Source of the DNA: Nemertoderma westbladi
Taxonomy: Eukaryota; Animalia; Xenacoelomorpha
Assembly (NCBI GenBank): GCA_032718475.1
Contig: JAUCBJ010002937.1
Coordinates: forward strand, 119,883 to 183,882
Reading direction: 5' to 3'
Length of the DNA stretch: 64,000 nucleotides
The notes beneath the pieces were generated by a model. That model was not told the origin of the DNA. It saw only the letters and a program-made list of their open reading frames with translations, and ran no database searches. Below, one piece after another: positions 48,001 through 60,030 of the stretch. The position numbers and the translations under genes are program-made. The number at the start of each line of letters is the position of its first letter. Position 1 is the first letter of the stretch.

Positions 48001-51000
48001 ATTCAATACAATGACATGGGGACCCTTTCTGTCCCGAACATATCGGTATTCAATACAATGACATGGGGACCCTTTCTGTCCCGAACATATCGGTATTCAA
48101 TACAATGACATGGGGACCCTTTCTGTCCCGAACATATCGGTATTCAATACAATGACATGGGGACCCTTTCTGTGCATATCGGTATTCAATACAATGACAT
48201 GGGGACCCTTTCTGTCCCAAACATATCGGTATTCAATACAATGACATGGGGACCCTTTCTGTGCATATCGGTATTCAATACAATGACATGGGGACCCTTT
48301 CTGTCCCGAACATATCGGTATTCAATACAATGACATGGGGACCCTTTCTGTGCATATCGGTATTCAATACAATGACATGGGGACCCTTTCTGTCCCAAAC
48401 ATATCGGTATTCAATACAATGACATGGGGACCCTTTCTGTGCATATCGGTATTCAATACAATGACATGGGGACCCTTTCTGTGCATATCGGTATTCAATA
48501 CAATGACATGGGGACCCTTTCTGTGCATATCGGTATTCAATACAATGACATGGGGACCCTTTCTGTCCCAAACATATCGGTATTCAATACAATGACATGG
48601 GGACCCTTTCTGTGCATATCGGTATTCAATACAATGACATGGGGACCCTTTCTGTGCATATCGGTAATCAATACAATGACATGGGGACCCTTTCTGTCCC
48701 GAACATATCGGTATTCAATACAATGACATGGGGACCCTTTCTGTGCATATCGGTATTCAATACAATGACATGGGGACCCTTTCTGTGCATATCGGTATTC
48801 AATACAATGACATGGGGACCCTTTCTGTGCATATCGGTATTCAATACAATGACATGGGGACCCTTTCTGTGCATATCGGTATTCAATACAATGACATGGG
48901 GACCCTTTCTGTCCCGAACATATCGGTATTCAATACAATGACATGGGGACCCTTTCTGTACATATCGGTATTCAATACAATGACATGGGGACCCTTTCTG
49001 TGCATATCGGTATTCAATACAATGACATGGGGACCCTTTCTGTCCCGAACATATCGGTATTCAATACAATGACATGGGGACCCTTTCTGTGCATATCGGT
49101 ATTCAATACAATGACATGGGGACCCTTTCTGTGCATATCGGTATTTAATACAATGACATGGGGACCCTTTCTGTGCATATCGGTAATCAATACAATGACA
49201 TGGGGACCCTTTCTGTCCCGAACATATCGGTATTCAATACAATGACATGGGGACCCTTTCTGTCCCAAACATATCGGTATTCAATACAATGACATGGGGA
49301 CCCTTTCTGTGCATATCGGTATTCAATACAATGACATGGGGACCCTTTCTGTCCCGAACATATCGGTATTCAATACAATGACATGGGGACCCTTTCTGTG
49401 CATATCGGTATTCAATACAATGACATGGGGACCCTTTCTGTCCCAAACATATCGGTATTCAATACAATGACATGGGGACCCTTTCTGTGCATATCGGTAT
49501 TCAATACAATGACATGGGGACCCTTTCTGTGCATATCGGTATTCAATACAATGACATGGGGACCCTTTCTGTGCATATCGGTATTCAATACAATGACATG
49601 GGGACCCTTTCTGTCCCAAACATATCGGTATTCAATACAATGACATGGGGACCCTTTCTGTCCCGAACATATCGGTATTCAATACAATGACATGGGGACC
49701 CTTTCTGTGCATATCGGTAATCAATACAATGACATGGGGACCCTTTCTGTCCCAAACATATCGGTATTCAATACAATGACATGGGGACCCTTTCTGTGCA
49801 TATCGGTATTCAATACAATGACATGGGGACCCTTTCTGTCCCGAACATATCGGTATTCAATACAATGACATGGGGACCCTTTCTGTCCCAAACATATCGG
49901 TATTCAATACAATGACATGGGGACCCTTTCTGTGCATATCGGTATTCAATACAATGACATGGGGACCCTTTCTGTGCATATCGGTATTCAATACAATGAC
50001 ATGGGGACCCTTTCTGTGCATATCGGTATTCAATACAATGACATGGGGACCCTTTCTGTGCATATCGGTATTCAATACAATGACATGGGGACCCTTTCTG
50101 TCCCAAACATATCGGTATTCAATACAATGACATGGGGACCCTTTCTGTCCCAAACATATCGGTATTCAATACAATGACATGGGGACCCTTTCTGTCCCAA
50201 ACATATCGGTATTCAATACAATGACATGGGGACCCTTTCTGTGCATATCGGTATTCAATACAATGACATGGGGACCCTTTCTGTGCATATCGGTATTCAA
50301 TACAATGACATGGGGACCCTTTCTGTGCATATCGGTATTCAATACAATGACATGGGGACCCTTTCTGTGCATATCGGTATTCAATACAATGACATGGGGA
50401 CCCTTTCTGTGCATATCGGTATTCAATACAATGACATGGGGACCCTTTCTGTGCATATCGGTATTCAATACAATGACATGGGGACCCTTTCTGTGCATAT
50501 CGGTATTCAATACAATGACATGGGGACCCTTTCTGTGCATATCGGTATTCAATACAATGACATGGGGACCCTTTCTGTGCATATCGGTATTCAATACAAT
50601 GACATGGGGACCCTTTCTGTACATATCGGTATTCAATACAATGACATGGGGACCCTTTCTGTGCATATCGGTATTCAATACAATGACATGGGGACCCTTT
50701 CTGTCCCAAACATATCGGTATTCAATACAATGACATGGGGACCCTTTCTGTGCATATCGGTATTCAATACAATGACATGGGGACCCTTTCTGTCCCAACA
50801 TATCGGTATTCAATACAATGACATGGGGACCCTTTCTGTCCCACATATCGGTATTCAATACAATGACATGGGGACCCTTTCTGTGCATATCGGTATTCAA
50901 TACAATGACATGGGGACCCTTTCTGTCCCAAACATATCGGTATTCAATACAATGACATGGGGACCCTTTCTGTGCATATCGGTATTCAATACAATGACAT

Positions 51001-54000
51001 GGGGACCCTTTCTGTGCATATCGGTATTCAATACAATGACATGGGGACCCTTTCTGTCCCAAACATATCGGTATTCAATACAATGACATGGGGACCCTTT
51101 CTGTACATATCGGTATTCAATACAATGACATGGGGACCCTTTCTGTGCATATCGGTATTCAATACAATGACATGGGGACCCTTTCTGTCCCAAACATATC
51201 GGTATTCAATACAATGACATGGGGACCCTTTCTGTGCATATCGGTATTCAATACAATGACATGGGGACCCTTTCTGTGCATATCGGTATTCAATACAATG
51301 ACATGGGGACCCTTTCTGTCCCAAACATATCGGTATTCAATACAATGACATGGGGACCCTTTCTGTCCCAAACATATCGGTATTCAATACAATGACATGG
51401 GGACCCTTTCTGTCCCAAACATATCGGTATTCAATACAATGACATGGGGACCCTTTCTGTCCCAAACATATCGGTATTCAATACAATGACATGGGGACCC
51501 TTTCTGTCCCAAACATATCGGTATTCAATACAATGACATGGGGACCCTTTCTGTGCATATCGGTATTCAATACAATGACATGGGGACCCTTTCTGTGCAT
51601 ATCGGTATTCAATACAATGACATGGGGACCCTTTCTGTGCATATCGGTATTCAATACAATGACATGGGGACCCTTTCTGTGCATATCGGTATTCAATACA
51701 ATGACATGGGGACCCTTTCTGTGCATATCGGTATTCAATACAATGACATGGGGACCCTTTCTGTGCATATCGGTATTCAATACAATGACATGGGGACCCT
51801 TTCTGTGCATATCGGTATTCAATACAATGACATGGGGACCCTTTCTGTCCCAAACATATCGATATTCAATACAATGACATGGGGACCCTTTCTGTGCATA
51901 TCGGTATTCAATACAATGACATGGGGACCCTTTCTGTGCATATCGGTATTCAATACAATGACATGGGGACCCTTTCTGTCCCAAACATATCGATATTCAA
52001 TACAATGACATGGGGACCCTTTCTGTGCATATCGGTATTCAATACAATGACATGGGGACCCTTTCTGTCCCAAACATATCGGTATTCAATACAATGACAT
52101 GGGGACCCTTTCTGTGCATATCGGTATTCAATACAATGACATGGGGACCCTTTCTGTCCCAAACATATCGATATTCAATACAATGACATGGGAACCCTTT
52201 CTGTGCATATCGGTATTCAATACAATGACATGGGGACCCTTTCTGTCCCAAACATATCGATATTCAATACAATGACATGGGGACCCTTTCTGTCCCAAAC
52301 ATATCGGTATTCAATACAATGACATGGGGACCCTTTCTGTGCATATCGGTATTCAATACAATGACATGGGGACCCTTTCTGTCCCAAACATATCGGTATT
52401 CAATACAATGACATGGGGACCCTTTCTGTCCCAAACATATCGATATTCAATACAATGACATGGGGACCCTTTCTGTGCATATCGGTATTCAATACAATGA
52501 CATGGGGACCCTTTCTGTCCCAAACATATCGGTATTCAATACAATGACATGGGGACCCTTTCTGTGCATATCGGTATTCAATACAATGACATGGGGACCC
52601 TTTCTGTCCCAAACATATCGATATTCAATACAATGACATGGGGACCCTTTCTGTCCCAAACATATCGATATTCAATACAATGACATGGGGACCCTTTCTG
52701 TGCATATCGGTATTCAATACAATGACATGGGGACCCTTTCTGTCCCAAACATATCGGTATTCAATACAATGACATGGGGACCCTTTCTGTCCCAAACATA
52801 TCGATATTCAATACAATGACATGGGGACCCTTTCTGTCCCAAACATATCGGTATTCAATACAATGACATGGGGACCCTTTCTGTCCCAAACATATCGATA
52901 TTCAATACAATGACATGGGGACCCTTTCTGTGCATATCGGTATTCAATACAATGACATGGGGACCCTTTCTGTGCATATCGGTATTCAATACAATGACAT
53001 GGGGACCCTTTCTGTGCATATCGGTATTCAATACAATGACATGGGGACCCTTTCTGTCCCAAACATATCGGTATTCAATACAATGACATGGGGACCCTTT
53101 CTGTCCCAAACATATCGGTATTCAATACAATGACATGGGGACCCTTTCTGTCCCAAACATATCGGTATTCAATACAATGACATGGGGACCCTTTCTGTCC
53201 CAAACATATCGGTATTCAATACAATGACATGGGGACCATTTCTGTCCCAAACATATCGGTATTCAATAAAATGACATGGGGACCCTTTCTGTCCCAAACA
53301 TATCGGTATTCAATACAATGACATGGGGACCCTTTCTGTCCCAAACATATCGGTATTCAATACAATGACATGGGGACCCTTTCTGTGCATATCGGTATTC
53401 AATACAATGACATGGGGACCCTTTCTGTGCATATCGGTATTCAATACAATGACATGGGGACCCTTTCTGTCCCAAACATATCGGTATTCAATACAATGAC
53501 ATGGGGACCCTTTCTGTGCATATCGGTATTCAATACAATGACATGGGGACTCTTTCTGTCCCAAACATATCGGTATTCAATACAATGACATGGGGACCCT
53601 TTCTGTCCCAAACATATCGGTATTCAATACAATGACATGGGGACCCTTTCTGTCCCAAACATATCGGTATTCAATACAATGACATGGGGACTCTTTCTGT
53701 CCCAAACATATCGGTATTCAATACAATGACATGGGGACCCTTTCTGTCCCAAACATATCGGTATTCAATACAATGACATGGGGACTCTTTCTGTCCCAAA
53801 CATATCGGTATTCAATACAATGACATGGGGACCCTTTCTGTCCCAAACATATCGGTATTCAATACAATGACATGGGGACCCTTTCTGTCCCAAACATATC
53901 GGTATTCAATACAATGACATGGGGACCCTTTCTGTGCATATCGGTATTCAATACAATGACATGGGGACCCTTTCTGTCCCAAACATATCGGTATTCAATA

Positions 54001-55166
54001 CAATGACATGGGGACCCTTTCTGTGCATATCGGTATTCAATACAATGACATGGGGACTCTTTCTGTCCCAAACATATCGGTATTCAATACAATGACATGG
54101 GGACTCTTTCTGTCCCAAACATATCGGTATTCAATACAATGACATGGGGACTCTTTCTGTCCCAAACATATCGGTATTCAATACAATGACATGGGGACCC
54201 TTTCTGTCCCAAACATATCGGTATTCAATACAATGACATGGGGACCCTTTCTGTGCATATCGGTATTCAATACAATGACATGGGGACCCTTTCTGTCCCA
54301 AACATATCGGTATTCAATACAATGACATGGGGACCCTTTCTGTCCCAAACATATCGGTATTCAATACAATGACATGGGGACCCTTTCTGTCCCAAACATA
54401 TCGGTATTCAATACAATGACATGGGGACCCTTTCTGTGCATATCGGTATTCAATACAATGACATGGGGACCCTTTCTGTCCCAAACATATCGGTATTCAA
54501 TACAATGACATGGGGACCCTTTCTGTCCCAAACATATCGGTATTCAATACAATGACATGGGGACCCTTTCTGTGCATATCGGTATTCAATACAATGACAT
54601 GGGGACTCTTTCTGTCCCAAACATATCGGTATTCAATACAATGACATGGGGACTCTTTCTGTCCCAAACATATCGGTATTCAATACAATGACATGGGGAC
54701 TCTTTCTGTCCCAAACATATCGGTATTCAATACAATGACATGGGGACCCTTTCTGTCCCAAACATATCGGTATTCAATACAATGACATGGGGACCCTTTC
54801 TGTGCATATCGGTATTCAATACAATGACATGGGGACCCTTTCTGTCCCAAACATATCGGTATTCAATACAATGACATGGGGACCCTTTCTGTGCATATCG
54901 GTATTCAATACAATGACATGGGGACCCTTTCTGTCCCAAACATATCGGTATTCTATACAATGACATGGGGACCCTTTCTGTGCATATCGGTATTCAATAC
55001 AATGACATGGGGACCCTTTCTGTGCATATCGGTATTCAATACAATGACATGGGGACCCTTTCTGTCCCAAACATATTGGTATTCAATACAATGACATGGG
55101 GACCCTTTCTGTCCCAAACATATCGGTATTCAATACAATGACATGGGGACCCTTTCTGTCCCAAAC
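1..55166. repeat. Satellite DNA array of dimorphic 47/42-bp monomers: ATGGGGACCCTTTCTGT-[CCCRAA | G | A]-CATATCGGTATT(C/T)AATACAATGAC; about 1,200 units; left end lies outside the window
   Basis: Read directly: uninterrupted head-to-tail units in one orientation from base 1 to ...CTGTCCCAAAC at 55166, then an abrupt switch to unique sequence. The long unit is 47 nt and the short unit 42 nt. Copy number is estimated as length divided by ~45. Confidence 0.99.
1287..3076. repeat. Local higher-order duplication: two copies of an 895-bp, 20-monomer block (11 long + 9 short)
   Basis: The order of long/short units and of the rare GACTCT, CGATAT and TATTTAAT variants repeats at an 895-bp offset (1287-2181 vs 2182-3076), with a few unit differences. 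11x47 + 9x42 = 895, and ORF-track pairs such as 1944/2839 and 1321/2216 show the same offset. Confidence 0.9.
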
Positions 55167-55783
55167 CAACACTTTTTGTACACACGTACATTTATGAAGA
55201 TTGCTATAATAATGTCCAAACCCCCAACCTGGCACACAAAACTCTTATACATCTCACTAGAATGAAATGTGAATCCTTATAAAATATTCTATCAATTTAT
55301 TAATAAAACTCGTTCTTTAATCTGTATATGCCTTTGTTAGCTGTATATGAATGTACACCCACACTGTAAAGTAAATGTAATAATCTTATTGACCTTTTAT
55401 TGTGAGAAATCACTTTCTTTCTCTTCGAAAGCCAAGGTGACGAGGACATTACACTACATGCAAATACTACAAAATACGTCATAGTGTGAGATAATGCAAA
55501 ATTATAATTACAAAATAATTCCATGCTAATTTCCATATCAAATCCATTAGTATTATAATATTTCATATAATGAATTCCCGATACAGGATGTCATTTACTG
55601 GTTATTATTCCTATTAAAGTTTTACTACAAAATCTCATCGAAATATAATGAGATGAATAATTAATGTTTCAATGGGACGACTTTTTTTGTTGGAAAGGTA
55701 AGTAGCATCCGGGAATAACGTGACATGCTGGTGATCTCATCTGAGTTTATCCTAAGGAGACCATTACTTATTCTGGTCAGGAT

Positions 55784-55856
55784 TAATAATAATAATAATG
55801 ATGCATTTGTATAGCGCCGAATTTACAACAATGGAAGTATGCTAAGGCGCTTACGT
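55784..55856 (-). other. LINE 3' terminal signal: AGCGCC/GGCGCT stem-loop followed by a (TTA)5 microsatellite tail
   Basis: On the + strand: (TAA)5 at 55784-55798, AGCGCC at 55813-55818 and GGCGCT at 55846-55851. A 3' stem-loop plus short-repeat tail is the established architecture of L2-clade 3' ends. Confidence 0.8.
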
Positions 55857-56244
55857 CACAAGCAATATAACATTAAAACTAGCAGTGCAAGTAGTACAGA
55901 AATTAAAAAATTATAGTCGTCACTAACGATAAAACGTGCAGTTCGAAATGACTAAAAGTTATTACAATCGTTAAAAAGTGGAACATACAGTACAAATTGA
56001 TAAATATACTCGCCGTAAATGAAACGTACAGTAAAAAATATGTAATAAAAAAATTAATTAGCATAGTTAAAAAGTGTAGTTGACTGACGTACTGAAACAA
56101 TAAAAACGAGCGATGGGGTAATAAAATGAACAGAAACACTAAAAAACGCATGAAGAACAAATTAAAAGAAGTTTACAGTTTTTGGAGAGTTGATTGAATA
56201 TCTAGAGTTGGAATAAAATAATTAGAGAGTTCATGATTTGGAGT

Positions 56245-57000
56245 TTAATTATATGCAATTTCAAAAAGATGTGTTTTGAGTCGCTGTTTAAAAATTGTGG
56301 TGTCGGAAATCGAGCGGATATCTTTTGGGAGTTTGTTCCAGAGTCGTGGGGCGGCTACTGGGAATGCCCGGCGCCCTAGGGTTTGACAGTTGAATCGCGG
56401 CTCAACGAAAGTGAGTGTAGAGCAATTCCTTGTAGTGTTGTTATTGCGATTGACCCGGACAAGCATGTCAGATATGTACTGTGGTGCGTGACCTAAGGTG
56501 GACTTGTGGACAAGGAGAAGCAATTTAAACTCAATGCGTTTACGCACTGGTAGCCAATGTAATTCTTTGAGACTCGGCGTAATGTGGTCATACTTGTGAA
56601 CCCTAGTTAGTAGGCGGGCGGCCGAGTTTTGCACACGTTGCAATTTTGCTAGTTGGTAGCTAGACACCCCATAGAGGAGGCCGTTACAGTAGTCAATCCG
56701 ACTTGAAATAAGTGAATGTATAACTGTTTTAGCGGACTTTTGGTCAAGAAAGTTGATGATACGGCGAATATTATGGATGTGGAAGAACGCGGCATTACAA
56801 GTTTTGGATATGAATTTTCCCATGGTGAGATTTGGATCGAACCATGTGCCGAGGTTCTTTACAAATTTTGCAGGGCGTATTTTAAAGTTACCAACGTTTA
56901 GGTATTGTGTAGATACTTTAGAGAGTTGTTGAGGTGTTCCCAGTAATATGAACTCGGTTTTATCATCGTTTATTTCAAGTTTGTTTACAATAAAACACCT
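56245..57000 (-). pseudogene. LINE ORF2, C-terminal part (end of RT and thumb/C-terminal domain) in a different reading frame
   Basis: NKLEINDDKTEF, VKNLGTWFDPNL, SRIDYCNGLL, LQRVQNSAARL, HITPSLKELHWLP. It continues the upstream segment directly after ...CIADIRT once about 5 extra nt near 56998-57005 are removed. Confidence 0.92.
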
Positions 57001-59309
57001 ACTGTACGTATATCTGCAATACATCTCTGGAGGGCTTGTAATGCATCTGTTTCGTTGGATTCACTTGATGGCTGAAACGCATGGTATGTTTGTTTGTCAT
57101 CAGCATATCCATGTAAGGCGATTGGCAAGTGGTTCTCAATGATAGTAAATAGACCCCGCCCGAAATTACTGAAATAGTGACAGGATAAGCATGCACCCTG
57201 GGGGAAGCCGTATTCCAATACGTGTTCTCTGGAATTGGAACCGAGAGTTGTTACGTGTTGGCGGCGCCCCCGGAGGAAGGATGAGAACCACCGTAGACAT
57301 GTACCGCAAATTCCCAGGTCAGATTCGAACACACGCAGAAGGCGATCGTGGTCGACGGTGTCGAAGGCGGAGCTGAGATCTAGAAGTACTAGAAATGTCA
57401 CTTTTTTCTTATCCATGTTTATAAGAATATCTGATTGGACTTTAATCAGTGCTGTTTCTGTGCTATGAAATTTTCGATATCCAGATTCGTTGGTTGGCAA
57501 GGGATGATGTTCGTTTATATAGGGGAGAAATTGCGACACCACCGCTCTTTCTGCAATTTTTGAAACGAAGGGCAAACCGCTAACAGGTCGGAAGTTAAAC
57601 TTCAGTGTCGAGTCAAGACTAACTTTTTTTAGTAATGGGGAGACCTGCGCTGTTTTCCAAATATCTGGGACTGTACCACTCTGCAGAGAGTTATTAGTCA
57701 TAATTGTTATGGGTGTGCAAAGACTTGAAATGCAATGTTTTAGCGTACTTGTAGGTAATGGGTCTAGAGGGCATTGTTTATTTGGGGCAGATTTTATTAG
57801 TTTTATAATGCTAGGTGTGGACAGTACTTTAAAGGATGAGAGTGACGCGCTGGCCACAGAGTTGTCTGGTTCGGTAATGCTTAATGTACTATCTGGTTCA
57901 AAGCTGCAAAGGGGATCGCGTATTCCAGATTCAGTCGCATTCATTTCGTCTAGATTATCTCTGATAATTTGTATCTTTGTAGCAAAGTGGTCAGCGAACA
58001 TGTTGGCTAGTTCGGTAGGAGAGCTGTGGGCGGGATAAGTAATATTTTTATGTTGCTTTGCAAGCGACCTAACCAGGCTGAACAGCGCCTTCTGATCACC
58101 ATTACATGCATCAATCTCGCCCCGGTAAAAGGATCTACGGTCGGAAATTAATTGTGCTGTGTATAGTTTCCTAATTCGTTTGAATTCCGCCATGTCAGTA
58201 GGTGATTTCGATTGCCGCCAACGCCGTTCAGCAGTCCGGCGTTGGGACTTCAGTTTCCTAGCGTTCCCGGTGAACCATTTTGGACCAGAGCGTTCAGTAA
58301 TTGATTTGGTCTTTATTGGGGCGTGTTTGTCAATCAATGCAGAAAGCGTTTTATTGTAGGTTAATGCCTGTTCATCAATGTTGAGAGCGGTAAATGATGG
58401 TTTACAGAGATCTGAGTTGCATATATCCCTGTTCAAATCGTCAACTACTACTGACCCTATATTTCGAAATTGAATAGTTTTAGGAATAGATTGGGGCTTC
58501 GGTATAGAAATGAGGCATTGCACCACACAGTGATCGGAAACGTAATACGATCCGGTCGGTGGACTTACAGTCAAATCGCCGCAATTTCTAGTCATTATTA
58601 GGTCAAGTGTGTGTCCGGATTCGTGGGTTGGGATGGAAACGTGTTGTTGTAAGCCTATACTGTCAAGAATGTCCAAAAACTTAGATGCATCGTAATTATC
58701 TTCTATGTCTACATGTATATTAAAGTCGCCTACCACAATTAGTCGCTCCTCACAGCAAAGCCATGGTTCGATGAATTTCGGGAATTCGTCAAAAAACGTT
58801 AAGCATGTAATGGGATGAGCTGTACTATATGGTGGGCGGTAGATAACGACCAAATATAGTTTGGTGTTAGAAGATTTAATGGACCATACTGAGTATTCGA
58901 ATGAGCTATTTTCGTTAGTGCTGTGCAGTGTGTAGTGTAATGAGTCTTTTAGAATTACACCGGTGCCTCCACCAGGGCGGTTAAGCCGTGGTGAGTCATC
59001 GATAGTGTATCCCTTTGGAGCGCAAAGGTTCTTTGCAACTGTATCGTTAGCGCTGAACCAGGTTTCTGTTAGCGCGCATATGTCAATATTATTGTTGGAA
59101 ATGAATTCCACAATCTCGGCGCTTTTGTTTCGGGCTGACCTGGGGTTCATAATGCAAAGGTGAAGTGAGTTGCCAGGTAACATGTTGATATGAGTAATTA
59201 CTTTAGCATTAACATTAGGTACTTTGCCGGGTGTCGCGACAACATTGGGTACATTAACATTAGCTACAATGCCGGGTGTCGCAACAACAATAGCATTTGG
59301 TACATTCAC
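56985..59309 (-). pseudogene. LINE ORF2, N-terminal part: apurinic-like endonuclease (~59168-58515) and most of the reverse transcriptase; ends prematurely after a frameshift
   Basis: EN motifs: MNPRS, LTETW, GGGTG, IYRPP, GDFNIH, PTH-SGHTLDL, SDH. RT motifs: WKTAQVSPLLKK, FRPVSGLP, GYRKFHSTETAL, LDLSSAFDTVDH, GFPQG, YADD (57096-57107). The first in-frame ATG is at 59183; the track start at 59309 is a GTG inside the minisatellite. Confidence 0.92.
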
Positions 59310-60030
59310 ATTAGGTACAGTGCCGGGTGTCGCAACACCATTGGGTACATTAACATTAGGTACAGTGCCGAGTGTCGCAACAACAATAACATTGGGTACA
59401 TTAACATTAGGTACATTGCCGCGTGTCGCAACAACATTAACATTAGGTACAGTGCCGGGTGTCGCAACAACATTAACACAGGGTACATTAACATTAGGTA
59501 CAGTGCCGGGTGTCGCAACAACATTAACACAGGGTACATTAACATTAGGTACAGTGCCGGGTGTCGCAACAACATTAACACAGGGTACATTAACATTAGG
59601 TACAGTGCCGGGTGTCGCAACAACATTAACACAGGGTACATTAACATTAGGTACAGTGCCGGGTGTCGCAACAACATTAATACAGGGTACATTAACATTA
59701 GGTACAGTGCCGGGTGTCGCAACAACATTAACACAGGGTACATTAACATTAGGTACAGTGCCGGGTGTCGCAACAACATTAACACAGGGTACATTAACAT
59801 TAGGTACAGTGCCGGGTGTCGCAACAACATTAACACAGGGTACATTAACATTAGGTACAATACCGGGTGTCGCAACAACATTAACACAGGGTACATTAAC
59901 ATTAGGTACAGTGCCGGGTGTCGCAACAACATTAACACAGGGTACATTAACATTAGGTACAATACCGGGTGTCGCAACAACATTGGGTACATTTACATAA
60001 GGTACAGTGCCGGGTGTCGCAACAACATTA
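59207..60030. repeat. 51-bp minisatellite (GGTACAGTGCCGGGTGTCGCAACAACATTAACACAGGGTACATTAACATTA): about 10 near-perfect copies plus shorter degenerate copies on both sides
   Basis: Period of 51 read directly (e.g. 59701-59751). Degenerate units at ~59207-59445 and ~59960-60030 keep the reading frame, as shown by the uninterrupted ORFs 59190..60041 and 59224..60000. Confidence 0.97.

Larger units (their letters stand above)
55784..59200 (-). mobile_element. Non-LTR retrotransposon (LINE), L2/CR1 group; no recognisable ORF1; 5' boundary uncertain (may extend to ~60035)
   Basis: APE endonuclease and RT motifs in ORF2. The C-terminal LHWLPVRKRIEFK...GRRAFPVAAPRLWNKLP...FKQRLKTHLF region is typical of L2-clade elements. 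A ~450-nt 3' UTR ends in AGCGCC...GGCGCTATACAAAT followed by a (TTA)5 tail. Confidence 0.93.

Noticed and set aside
1-55166. Hundreds of overlapping ORFs (MGTLSVHIGIQYND, QKGSPCHCIEYRY, HRKGPHVIVLNTD repeats) as repetitive proteins
   Set aside because: They arise because the 42-mer is a multiple of 3 and stop-free in several frames. They occur on both strands, change frame at every 47-mer and show no codon-position bias in variation.
1-55166. CRISPR array or spacer-acquisition system (hairpin-containing repeat with a variable segment)
   Set aside because: The variable segment is only 1-6 nt drawn from a few recurring alleles. There are no unique spacers and no cas genes, and the context is eukaryotic.
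55300-55566. 88-aa minus-strand ORF
   Set aside because: AT-rich unique DNA, no recognisable motif, and a length expected by chance.
55330-55703. Possible + strand exon(s): perfect donor AAG|GTAAGT at 55698 and AG acceptors near 55340 and 55430
   Set aside because: All three frames hit stops within ~45 nt upstream of the donor with no nearby acceptor. The other micro-exon candidates cannot be supported without transcripts, though a non-coding or first exon is not excluded.
55903-56160. 85-aa hydrophobic ORF resembling a membrane protein
   Set aside because: It is a translation of the U-rich 3' UTR of the LINE; the F/L/I richness is compositional.
56716-59163. Short + strand and alternative-frame ORFs overlapping the LINE
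   Set aside because: These are antisense or shadow frames of ORF2 with no independent motifs.
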